Shown here piece by piece: positions 52,590-64,000 of a stretch of DNA of 64,000 bases. The notes beneath the pieces were generated by a model. It worked only from the letters and a program-made list of their open reading frames with translations, had not been told where the DNA came from and ran no database searches. A program made the translations under genes and the position numbers. This DNA comes from Strigamia acuminata (taxonomy: Eukaryota): assembly GCA_949358305.1 (NCBI GenBank), contig OX442314.1, positions 12,896,001-12,960,000 of the forward strand, read 5' to 3'. The first letter of the stretch is position 1, and the number at the start of each line of letters is the position of its first letter.

Positions 52590-52790
52590 CCACCTGTTAG
52601 ACTTTCAACAGGGGTTACTGGGGGACAGAAGAAGGACGATAGACCAACTGAAAATGATCATATTCGCAGCTTATTAGAAATAGTTCATTTTCCAAAATAT
52701 CACTTGGGTTTTATTCCGGTCGTGGAGGCACTGTAGAAATGGAACCAAATGTTCAGTTATCAGTGTCTTGTAACATTCTGACACGATGTC
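52590..52790. repeat. Inverted dispersed copy of 44890-45075
   Basis: CCACCTGTTAGACTTTCAACAGGGGTTACTGGGG...CAGTGTCTTGTAACATTCTGACACGATGTC is the reverse complement of the 44.9-45.1 kb segment; its end also occurs at 42338-42364. Confidence 0.8.
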
Positions 52791-53233
52791 TGTCGCGCTC
52801 AACTCTAACCGTCGCTAACTCGTGGGTTGATTACTTAATTCGACTAACTCACTACCGCTTTGCTCAAGCGGTTTACCCAAAGAAATGATTACACAGATAT
52901 AGAAGGTAAAATATAATATAGATTTATTCTGTGGGACAATGTACAGATATATCTTATATATATATATATATAAAAGGTAGGTAAAAGGTAAATCGGAATG
53001 GGTGAAGGGAAATGGAAAGGTAAAGGTATGATGAAAGCTGGCTGGAATCGGCGAGGTCGTCTGTTGTCTCGGTCGTGTCCAAGATGGCGTCCTCGTTGTG
53101 GCAACGTGGTGTCGTCTTGGGCCGGCGTGGCAATATGGCGTCCTCGGCTCGTCTCTGGCTGGTCCTTCGGGCTCACGCTGGTCGGGCGCGAGTGAATGCT
53201 TAGTTAAAAGGCTTACTTCGGGCTGTTGTCTAG
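52791..53233 (-). mobile_element. Probable truncated solo LTR (R/U5 part)
   Basis: Begins TGT exactly where the dispersed repeat is broken. On the minus strand it reads GC-rich leader, pyrimidine/TA tract, AATAAA (52922-52927), ending ...GCGACA. The other end and TSD are not seen. Confidence 0.5.
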
Positions 53234-53570
53234 CCTTTTCGCGGATTGGCTTCCGTGAAATCCGCATTTCGGGGGCGACTATTCTGGGGATTCCGGGTGG
53301 ACCAAACTCTTCCGGAAAACGTCCGGGGTGGTGTTGGGAGTGTCAATAGACTGTTTTGTGTCAAGGTTGTCAATTTTCATGTGAGTATTGGAAGGTTCAT
53401 TTCTGCACATTCTCATGTATTTTTTTTCACAGGAGCGACAAGGAGCGATGAAGCGGGATCGAGCGAGAGTGGGTAAAATAAACTGGTTTACGTCTCCAAT
53501 GCGCGTTCAAGATGGAATACGAACTCGGAATCGACTCCAACACGCGTTCGCGTGACATACGGACGCATTC
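53234..53570 (+). repeat. ~340-bp direct repeat, second copy at 59867-60210
   Basis: CCTTTTCGCGGATTGGC...GAATCGACTCCAA(C/T)ACGCGTTCGCGT occurs on both sides of the foldback array in the same orientation. Confidence 0.85.
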
Positions 53571-53594
53571 ACGACCCAGATCAAAAAATGATCT

Positions 53595-54270
53595 CGTATT
53601 CGACTCGTTTTCGAGTCGAATGCAAATTTTGCCCTTCTTTGACGCGAAATCGTATTCGACTCGTTTTCGAGTCGAATGCGAAATCGTATTCGACTCGTTT
53701 TCGAGTCGAATGCGAGTTTTGCCCTTCTTCAACGCGAAATCGTATTCGACTCGTTTTCGAGTCGAATGCGAATTTTGCCCTTTCTCAACGCGAAATCGTA
53801 TTCGACTCGTTTTCGAGTCGAATGCGAGTTTTGCCCTTCTTCAACGCGAAATCGTATTCGACTCGTTTTCGAGTCGAATGCGAATTTTGCCCTTCTTCGA
53901 CGCGAAATCGTATTCGACTCGTTTTCGAGTCGAATGCGAAATCGTATTCGACTCGTTTTCGAGTCGAATGCGAGTTTTGCCCTTCTTCAACGCGAAATCG
54001 TATTCGACTCGTTTTCGAGTCGAATGCGAATTTTGCCCTTTCTCAACGCGAAATCGTATTCGACTCGTTTTCGAGTCGAATGCGAGTTTTGCCCTTCTTC
54101 AACGCGAAATCGTATTCGACTCGTTTTCGAGTCGAATGCGAATTTTGCCCTTCTTCAACGCGAAATCGTATTCGACTCGTTTTCGAGTCGAATGCGAATT
54201 CGTATTCGACTCGTTTTCGAGTCGAATGCGAATTTTGCCCTTCTTCAACGCGAAATCGTATTCGATTCGC
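53595..54270 (+). repeat. 56-bp tandem array (with 31-bp variants), left arm of giant foldback
   Basis: AACGCGAAATCGTATTCGACTCGTTTTCGAGTCGAATGCGA(G/A)TTTTGCCCTTCTTC repeated; each unit has the hairpin ATTCGACTCG-TTTT-CGAGTCGAAT. Confidence 0.95.
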
Positions 54271-54319
54271 TTTCGAATCGTATACGAGATGGTCGATTTT
54301 TGTTTCCCGGACTTTGATT

Positions 54320-57300
54320 TGTATTCGAGTTGTTACGAGTTCGTATTTTGATCGTATTCGTATTCGAATCGAATTCGAATCGTATTCGAATCGAATACGA
54401 ATCGAATTCGAGTCGTATTCGAGATGGTCGATGATTTCCACTCGCTCGTATACGCGTTGTATACGAGCTCGTATTTTGATCGTAATCGTAAACGAATCGT
54501 TTACAAGTCGTATACAAGTCGTATACGACGTGTATACACCTCGTATACGAACGAAGTTTGTGAAAACACAATTTCCAAATAAGACGTATGTGACTACTAT
54601 GTGTTTTCATGTCGTAGTAAGTGTCCGGTGGATTTTCCAAACTTCGTTCGTATACGAGGTGTATACACGTCGTATACGACTTGTATACGACTTGTAAACG
54701 ATTCGTTTACGATTACGATCAAAATACGAGCTCGTATACAACGCGTATACGAGCGAGTGGAAATCATCGACCATCTCGAATGCGACTCGAATACGATTCG
54801 AATACATCTCGAATACATCTCGAATACGAGTCGTACGAGTCAAAGTCCGGGAACGGGTCATCGACTATCTCGTATTCGAGTTGTTACGAGTTCGTATTTT
54901 GATCGTATTCGTATTCGAATCGAATTCGAATCGTATTCGAATCGAATACTAATCGAATTCGAGTCGTATTCGAGATGGTCGATGATTTCCACTCGCTCGT
55001 ATACGCGTTGTATACGAGCTCGTATTTTGATCGTAATCGTAAACGAATCGTTTACAAGTCGTATACAAGTCGTATACGACGTGTATACACCTCGTATACG
55101 AACGAAGTTTGTGAAAACACAATTTCCAAATAAGACGTATGTGACTACTATGTGTTTTCATGTCGTAGTAAGTGTCCGGTGGATTTTCCAAACTTCGTTC
55201 GTATACGAGGTGTATACACGTCGTATACGACTTGTATACGACTTGTAAACGATTCGTTTACGATTACGATCAAAATACGAGCTCGTATACAACGCGTATA
55301 CGAGCGAGTGGAAATCATCGACCATCTCGAATGCGACTCGAATACGATTCGAATACATCTCGAATACATCTCGAATACGAGTCGTACGAGTCAAAGTCCG
55401 GGAACGGGTCATCGACTATCTCGTATTCGAGTTGTTACGAGTTCGTATTTTGATCGTATTCGTATTCGAATCGAATTCGAATCGTATTCGAATCGAATAC
55501 TAATCGAATTCGAGTCGTATTCGAGATGGTCGATGATTTCCACTCGCTCGTATACGCGTTGTATACGAGCTCGTATTTTGATCGTAATCGTAAACGAATC
55601 GTTTACAAGTCGTATACAAGTCGTATACGACGTGTATACACCTCGTATACGAACGAAGTTTGTGAAAACACAATTTCCAAATAAGACGTATGTGACTACT
55701 ATGTGTTTTCATGTCGTAGTAAGTGTCCGGTGGATTTTCCAAACTTCGTTCGTATACGAGGTGTATACACGTCGTATACGACTTGTATACGACTTGTAAA
55801 CGATTCGTTTACGATTACGATCAAAATACGAGCTCGTATACAACGCGTATACGAGCGAGTGGAAATCATCGACCATCTCGAATGCGACTCGAATACGATT
55901 CGAATACATCTCGAATACATCTCGAATACGAGTCGTACGAGTCAAAGTCCGGGAACGGGTCATCGACTATCTCGTATTCGAGTTGTTACGAGTTCGTATT
56001 TTGATCGTATTCGTATTCGAATCGAATTCGAATCGTATTCGAATCGAATACTAATCGAATTCGAGTCGTATTCGAGATGGTCGATGATTTCCACTCGCTC
56101 GTATACGCGTTGTATACGAGCTCGTATTTTGATCGTAATCGTAAACGAATCGTTTACAAGTCGTATACAAGTCGTATACGACGTGTATACACCTCGTATA
56201 CGAACGAAGTTTGTGAAAACACAATTTCCAAATAAGACGTATGTGACTACTATGTGTTTTCATGTCGTAGTAAGTGTCCGGTGGATTTTCCAAACTTCGT
56301 TCGTATACGAGGTGTATACACGTCGTATACGACTTGTATACGACTTGTAAACGATTCGTTTACGATTACGATCAAAATACGAGCTCGTATACAACGCGTA
56401 TACGAGCGAGTGGAAATCATCGACCATCTCGAATGCGACTCGAATACGATTCGAATACATCTCGAATACATCTCGAATACGAGTCGTACGAGTCAAAGTC
56501 CGGGAACGGGTCATCGACTATCTCGTATTCGAGTTGTTACGAGTTCGTATTTTGATCGTATTCGTATTCGAATCGAATTCGAATCGTATTCGAATCGAAT
56601 ACTAATCGAATTCGAGTCGTATTCGAGATGGTCGATGATTTCCACTCGCTCGTATACGCGTTGTATACGAGCTCGTATTTTGATCGTAATCGTAAACGAA
56701 TCGTTTACAAGTCGTATACAAGTCGTATACGACGTGTATACACCTCGTATACGAACGAAGTTTGTGAAAACACAATTTCCAAATAAGACGTATGTGACTA
56801 CTATGTGTTTTCATGTCGTAGTAAGTGTCCGGTGGATTTTCCAAACTTCGTTCGTATACGAGGTGTATACACGTCGTATACGACTTGTATACGACTTGTA
56901 AACGATTCGTTTACGATTACGATCAAAATACGAGCTCGTATACAACGCGTATACGAGCGAGTGGAAATCATCGACCATCTCGAATGCGACTCGAATACGA
57001 TTCGAATACATCTCGAATACATCTCGAATACGAGTCGTACGAGTCAAAGTCCGGGAACGGGTCATCGACTATCTCGTATTCGAGTTGTTACGAGTTCGTA
57101 TTTTGATCGTATTCGTATTCGAATCGAATTCGAATCGTATTCGAATCGAATACTAATCGAATTCGAGTCGTATTCGAGATGGTCGATGATTTCCACTCGC
57201 TCGTATACGCGTTGTATACGAGCTCGTATTTTGATCGTAATCGTAAACGAATCGTTTACAAGTCGTATACAAGTCGTATACGACGTGTATACACCTCGTA

Positions 57301-58780
57301 TACGAACGAAGTTTGTGAAAACACAATTTCCAAATAAGACGTATGTGACTACTATGTGTTTTCATGTCGTAGTAAGTGTCCGGTGGATTTTCCAAACTTC
57401 GTTCGTATACGAGGTGTATACACGTCGTATACGACTTGTATACGACTTGTAAACGATTCGTTTACGATTACGATCAAAATACGAGCTCGTATACAACGCG
57501 TATACGAGCGAGTGGAAATCATCGACCATCTCGAATGCGACTCGAATACGATTCGAATACATCTCGAATACATCTCGAATACGAGTCGTACGAGTCAAAG
57601 TCCGGGAACGGGTCATCGACTATCTCGTATTCGAGTTGTTACGAGTTCGTATTTTGATCGTATTCGTATTCGAATCGAATTCGAATCGTATTCGAATCGA
57701 ATACTAATCGAATTCGAGTCGTATTCGAGATGGTCGATGATTTCCACTCGCTCGTATACGCGTTGTATACGAGCTCGTATTTTGATCGTAATCGTAAACG
57801 AATCGTTTACAAGTCGTATACAAGTCGTATACGACGTGTATACACCTCGTATACGAACGAAGTTTGTGAAAACACAATTTCCAAATAAGACGTATGTGAC
57901 TACTATGTGTTTTCATGTCGTAGTAAGTGTCCGGTGGATTTTCCAAACTTCGTTCGTATACGAGGTGTATACACGTCGTATACGACTTGTATACGACTTG
58001 TAAACGATTCGTTTACGATTACGATCAAAATACGAGCTCGTATACAACGCGTATACGAGCGAGTGGAAATCATCGACCATCTCGAATACGACTCGAATTC
58101 GATTCGTATTCGATTCGAATACGATTCGAATTCGATTCGAATACGAATACGATCAAAATACGAACTCGTAACAACTCGAATACGAGATAGTCGATGACCC
58201 GTTCCCGGACTTTGACTCGTACGACTCGTATTCGAGATGTATTCGAGATGTATTCGAATCGTATTCGAGTCGCATTCGAGATGGTCGATGATTTCCACTT
58301 GCTCGTATACGCGTTGTATACGAGCTCGTATTTTGATCGTAATCGTAAACGAATCGTTTACAAGTCGTATACAAGTTGTATACGACGTGTATACACCTCG
58401 TATACGAACGAAGTTTGGAAAATCCACCGGATACTTACTACGACATGAAAACACATAGTAGTCACATACGTCTTATTTGGAAATTGTGTTTTCACAAACT
58501 TCGTTCGTATACGAGGTGTATACACGTCGTATACAACTTGTATACAACTTGTAAACGATTCGTTTACGATTACGATCAAAATACGAGCTCGTATACAACG
58601 CGTATACGAGCGAGTGGAAATCATCGACCATCTCGAATACGACTCGAATTCGATTCGTATTCGATTCGAATACGATTCGAATTCGATTCGAATACGAATA
58701 CGATCGAAATACGAACTCGTAACAACTCGAATACGAATCAAAGTCCGGGAAACAAAAATCGACCATCTCGTATACGATTC
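54320..58780. repeat. 551-bp palindromic satellite: seven forward spacer-containing units followed by one inverted unit
   Basis: Equivalent ORF starts at 54601, 55152, 55703, 56254, 56805, 57356 and 57907 (period 551). Each unit has ~150-bp inverted arms around a ~77-bp spacer. Confidence 0.96.
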
Positions 58781-58789
58781 GAAAGCGAA

Positions 58790-59522
58790 TCGAATACGAT
58801 TTCGCGTTGAAGAAGGGCAAAACTCGTACTCGACTCGAAAACGAGTCGAATACGATTTCGCGTTGAAGAAGGGCAAAACTCGTACTCGACTCGAAAACGA
58901 GTCGAATACGATTTCGCGTTGAAGAAGGGCAAAACTCGTACTCGACTCGAAAACGAGTCGAATACGATTTCGCGTTGAAGAAGGGCAAAACTCGTACTCG
59001 ACTCGAAAACGAGTCGAATACGATTTCGCGTTGAAGAAGGGCAAAATTCGTACTCGACTCGAAAACGAGTCGAATACGATTTCGCGTTGAAGAAGGGCAA
59101 AACTCGTACTCGACTCGAAAACGAGTCGAATACGATTTCGCGTTGAAGAAGGGCAAAACTCGTACTCGACTCGAAAACGAGTCGAATACGATTTCGCGTT
59201 GAAGAAGGGCAAAATTCGTACTCGACTCGAAAACGAGTCGAATACGATTTCGCGTTGAAGAAGGACAAAATTCGCATTCGACTCGAAAACGAGTCGAATA
59301 CGAATTCGCATTCGACTCGAAAACGAGTCGAATACGATTTCGCGTTGAAGAAGGGCAAAATTCGCATTCGACTCGAAAACGAGTCGAATACGATTTCGCG
59401 TTGAAGAAGGGCAAAATTCGTACTCGACTAGAAAGCGAGTCGAATACGATTTCGCGTTGAAGAAGGGCAAAATTCGTACTCGACTAGAAAGCGAGTCGAA
59501 TACGATTTCGCGTTGAAAAAGG
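58790..59522 (-). repeat. 56-bp tandem array, inverted right arm of giant foldback
   Basis: GAAGAAGGGCAAAA(C/T)TCGTACTCGACTCGAAAACGAGTCGAATACGATTTCGCGTT repeated; reverse complement of the left array. Confidence 0.95.
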
Positions 59523-60479
59523 GAAAAACTCGTACGCGATTCAGTGAAACTAAATTTACATGTGCGCGTTGACGCGCGCGATTCGTGTGTTCTACGTGAG
59601 TAAATAGAGTGCGCGTCACATATGAATACAAAATGTCGACCATGCGTCGCCACGATGCCAGTGGACGAATTCTGCGAATTCGTGCAAACGCAGAAAGTTA
59701 AAAATATTCAAATTTGACGCCCACGATGACTCGTTCGTAGTAGACGCCTCCACAACTGCTTTTGAAAAGAATTTGATAAATGTTTGGAAATAATATTTAG
59801 GATTTTCTTTAATCATATCAGGAAACTGAAAACAGAAATAAAGTTTATACATTGGAAATTTTTTATCCTTTTCGCGGATTGGCGTCCGCGAAATCCGCAT
59901 TTCGGGGGAGACTATTCTGCGGATTCCGGGTGGACCAAACTCTTCCGAAAAATGTCCGGGGTGGTGTTGGGAGTGTCGATAGACTGTTTTGTGTCAAGGT
60001 TGCCAATTTTCATGTAAGTATTGGAAGGTTCATTTCTGTGCATTCTCATATATTTTTTTTCACAGGAGCAATGAGGCGCGATAAAGGGGGATCAAGCGAG
60101 AGTGAAAAAGATAAACTTGTTTACGTCTCAAATGCGCGTTCGCGATGGAATACGAACTTGGAATCGACTCCAATACGCGTTCGCGTCGCATACGAACGCA
60201 TTTACAACTCGTTTTCGACTTTGATTAAAAAGGAACAAATATGATTAAAAATCAACAAAAATATACAAAACTTGATAAGAAATGTATAAACATTGATTAG
60301 AAATCGACAAAAATCGACTGAAATCTGACAATAATCGAATAAAATCGGACAATAATCAATTCAGAATGACAAATAACAATTACAATTGGTAAAAATTGAC
60401 CAAAAATACAGAAAAATCGATTAAAAACCAGCAAAAACAAACAGAAAACGATTAAATCAATTAAAAATCAACAAATAAC

Positions 60480-63430
60480 CAAAATTGCCCTCAACACACC
60501 CCAACAACCTTCCACCACTCAAATTACACCGGAAAAAAACAAATTCAAACCGAAAAATCAACAAAGAATGCCAAAAAAAATATTGCAAACAAAGAGATAA
60601 GATCAATTCTCGAGGCAAATTCTCACCACAAAACAACGCATCGCCGCCGACATCAACTTTTTAAATTTGAGAAACTCGCGTTTTTACGTGTACCGGTGCA
60701 GTACCGGGACCGCGGTACTTGTACTGCGGTATACATTTAAGTGTACAGTGCACAACACTACTGTTTATTTTTAATGATCCAATAAATAAAATTTGAAACA
60801 AAGTTGAGTGGAATTGTACGTTTCTCGTATATTAAAGTTTTTATTTTTTAATTTTTTTTGTTCCATACTAGAATGGCGATTCGATACTTTTGTAGCTCGA
60901 ATTCACTGATATAAACGTGGTCGGTTTTCATCACGCGTCAATGCGCTCGTGCAATAGTATAGGCGCGCATGGCTTGATGCGCACAAAACTTGCAAAACTT
61001 GCACGGAATTTGGTCAATTTTTGACAAATTTCAGCAGATTTTTGCCTATATTTGACAAATTTCCACTGATTTTTGACAATATTTGACCCAACAACTGCGC
61101 CACGTTCCAGGCGCCGGTTTAGGCATTTTAGACCCGTTTTAGACCGTTTTAGATGGCGAAAACGTTCTCTCCATCATTTTCTACCCCTGGGTGAGGTTTT
61201 CAGCGTTCATGATTGATGAAAAAGCTGTTTTCTAACTAGCTGTCCCATTGCTAGTTTTGGCGTCAGGTTTTAGCAACCTTCCGATCCGACTCTGTCGTCT
61301 GCACGACCTCCAAGACTGTTTTAGGGTTAATTTGAGTCAAATAATTCATTCTGGGGGTTGTTTTGGGTTTTTTACAAGTGTGTTTTTGTAGTTTTTATTG
61401 GTTTCAAACATTGTCAATTCTTTATACAAGTGTAACTTTCATTTCTCTGTATTTTGAGAACTTTGCATTGCAGCAAAGTTCATTTCTTGCCCCTTAATTA
61501 TTGTGTAATTGTTGGTTTTGAAGCCCGTTTTTTAACAATAACTTTATTTGAAGTGCCTATTGTTTCAGGCACGTGCTTCCACGTGCCTTTTATTGTTGAG
61601 CAATTTCTTGGGCAGTTGCGCTCCTGTTGCTAGCATTGCCGCGCGTTCTCCGCGCGCGTACTCGCGTTTCGCATCACACACATTCGGATTCGATGGCCTA
61701 TCGCGGCGGCACATTGTGTGGCATAGCGCGGCACGTTGCAATTGCTAATGCTACGGTCGACGGCGATTCGCATGCGCTATCCGCTGCATCAAACCCCAAA
61801 TACCGATAAAAAATCGCTGAAAACACTAATCCCGACCCAAAAACCGCCAAAATTACCCTCAACACACGCAACAACCTTCCACCACTTAAATTACACCGGA
61901 AAAAAACAATTTCAAACCGAAAAATCAACAAAAAAGGCCAAAAAAATATTGCAAACAAAGAGAAAAGATCAATTATCGAGGCAAATCCCCACCACAAAAC
62001 AACGCATCGCCGGTATACACTTAAGCGTACAGTGCACAACACTACTGTTTATTTTCAATGATCCAATAAATAAAATTTGAAACAAAGTTGAGTGGAATTG
62101 TACGTTTCTTGTATATTAAAGTTTTTATTTTGTTTGTTTACACTTAATTTTTTTTTTCCATCATAGAATGGCGACTCGATACTTTTGTAGCTCGAATTCA
62201 CTTCGTAAACGTGGTCGGTGTTCATCACGCGTCAATGCGCTCGTGCAATAGTATAGGCGCGCATACAATTTGATGCGCGCAAAACTTGCAAAACTTGCAC
62301 GGAATTTGGGCAATTTTTGACAAATTTCAGCAGATTTTTGCCTGTATTTGACAAATTTCAGAAGATTTTTGCCTATATTTGACAAATTTCAGAAGATTTC
62401 CTCAATCCTCAAACATTTGCTGAAATTTCTCATAAAATTTCTAAAATTAATTGAAATTTGTCTGAAATTTGTCTGGAATTTGTCAAATATTGTCAAAAAT
62501 CCGTGGAAATTTGTCAAATACTGGCAAAAATCCATGTAAATTTGTCAAAAATTGCCATAATTCGGTGCAAATTGTGTTAGATATTGGAAAAATTTATTTT
62601 AACGCTTCCAACGCGCCAGTAAATCGCGCGTGCACACGCATGGATTTTTCGTCATAGTTGGATGCGCGCAAACCTCACGTAACTTGCGCCAAAATTTGGC
62701 AATTTTTGACAAATTTCAGCAGATTTTTGCCAGTATTTGACAAATTTCCACTGATTTTTGACAATATTTGACCCAACAACTGCGCCACGTTCCAGGCGCC
62801 GGTTTAGGCATTTTAGACCCGTTTTAGACCGTTTTAGATGGCGAAAACGTTCTCTCCATCATTTTCTACCCCTGGGTGAGGTTTTCAGCGTTCATGATTG
62901 ATGAAAAAGCTGTTTTCTAACTAGCTGTCCCATTGCTAGTTTTGGCGTCAGGTTTTAGCAACCTTCCGATCCGACTCTGTCGTCTGCACGACCTCCAAGA
63001 CTGTTTTAGGGTTAATTTGAGTCAAATAATTCATTCTGGGGGTTGTTTTGGGTTTTTTACAAGTGTGTTTTTGTAGTTTTTATTGGTTTCAAACATTGTC
63101 AATTCTTTATACAAGTGTAACTTTCATTTCTCTGTATTTTGAGAACTTTGCATTGCAGCAAAGTTCATTTCTTGCCCCTTAATTATTGTGTAATTGTTGG
63201 TTTTCAAGCCCGTTTTTTAACAATAACTTTATTTGAAGTGCCTATTGTTTCAGGCACGTGCTTCCACGTGCCTTTTATTGTTGAGCAATTTCTTGGGCAG
63301 TTGCGCTCCTGTTGCTAGCATTGCCGCGCGTTCTCCGCGCGTGTACTCGCGCGTTTCGCATCACACACATTCGGGTTCGATGGCCTATCGCGGCGGCACA
63401 TTGTGTGGCATAGCGCGGCACGTTGCAATT
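60480..63430 (+). repeat. Complex tandem duplication (~1.7 kb period)
   Basis: ~61015-61745 recurs at ~62700-63430 (offset ~1685) and ~60480-61065 recurs at ~61850-62390; includes TTTGACAAATTTCAG sub-repeats. Confidence 0.88.
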
Positions 63431-63547
63431 ACGTGACGTGGCACGTTGCTGTTACGTGACGCGATAGCCAGTATTTAAGCAGGGGATTCCATCATCGTTT
63501 ACACAAATGCGCATTGCAACGTGGAGGCGCATTCGAGTCCTTTTCCC

Positions 63548-64000
63548 AAGCGAAATCGTATTCGATTCGCTTTCGAATCGAATACGAGTTTTGTCCTTTT
63601 TCAACGCGAAATCGTATTCGATTCGCTTTCGAATCGTATACGAGATGGTCGATGATTTTTGTTTCCCGGACTTTGATTCGTATTCGAGTTGTTACGAGTT
63701 CGTATTTTGATCGTATTCGTATTCGAATCGAATTCGAATCGTATTCGAATCGAATACGAATCGAATTCGAGTCGTATTCGAGATGGTCGATGATTTCCAC
63801 TCGCTCGTATACGCGTTGTATACGAGCTCGTATTTTGATCGTAATCGTAAACGAATCGTTTACAAGTCGTATACAAGTTGTATACGACGTGTATACACCT
63901 CGTATACGAACGAAGTTTGGAAAATCCACCGGATACTTACTACGACATGAAAACACATAGTAGTCACATACGTCTTATTTGGAAATTGTGTTTTCACAAA
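63548..64000 (+). repeat. Further copy of the palindromic satellite unit, truncated by the window end
   Basis: 63601-63919 matches 54245-54560, followed by the spacer in reverse orientation. Confidence 0.93.

Noticed and set aside
53595..54270. CRISPR-like look of hairpin-bearing 56-bp repeats
   Set aside because: Intervening sequences are repeated rather than unique spacers, there are no cas genes, and the context is eukaryotic.
53427..59653. Many long ORFs (up to 431 aa) on both strands
   Set aside because: They are translations of stop-poor 56-bp and 551-bp palindromic repeats, open in several frames at once, with no domain signature.

Overview
AT-rich, intron-containing animal DNA, most likely a non-model arthropod (inferred from gene content, ~60-90 nt introns and repeat types). 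The left half (1-32.5 kb) holds three minus-strand genes: the 5' part of a Na+/Ca2+ exchanger (NCX/Calx; 1.9 kb exon, 10.9 kb intron, gene runs off the left edge), a 23-exon Stranded-at-second (Sas)-like cell-surface receptor with extra IGFBP-like, FN3, WAP and EGF modules, and the JmjC oxygenase NO66/RIOX1. The middle (32.5-52.4 kb) is a direct duplication of a ~4.8 kb cassette. Each copy carries an intronless BC-box/LRR gene, an orphan sacsin-like exon and a PAM2-motif ORF, and each was hit independently by different DNA transposons. The two LRR paralogs are identical in the BC-box region but differ at about 70 residues concentrated on the exposed LRR beta-strand positions. This looks like a rapidly diversifying, possibly immune, cullin-ligase substrate receptor and is the most interesting signal here. 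The right end (52.8-64 kb) is repetitive: a probable LTR fragment, a ~6 kb CpG-rich foldback array of 551 bp palindromic units whose central spacer occurs in both orientations, and ~1.7 kb tandem duplications. All exon boundaries and counts were made by eye.
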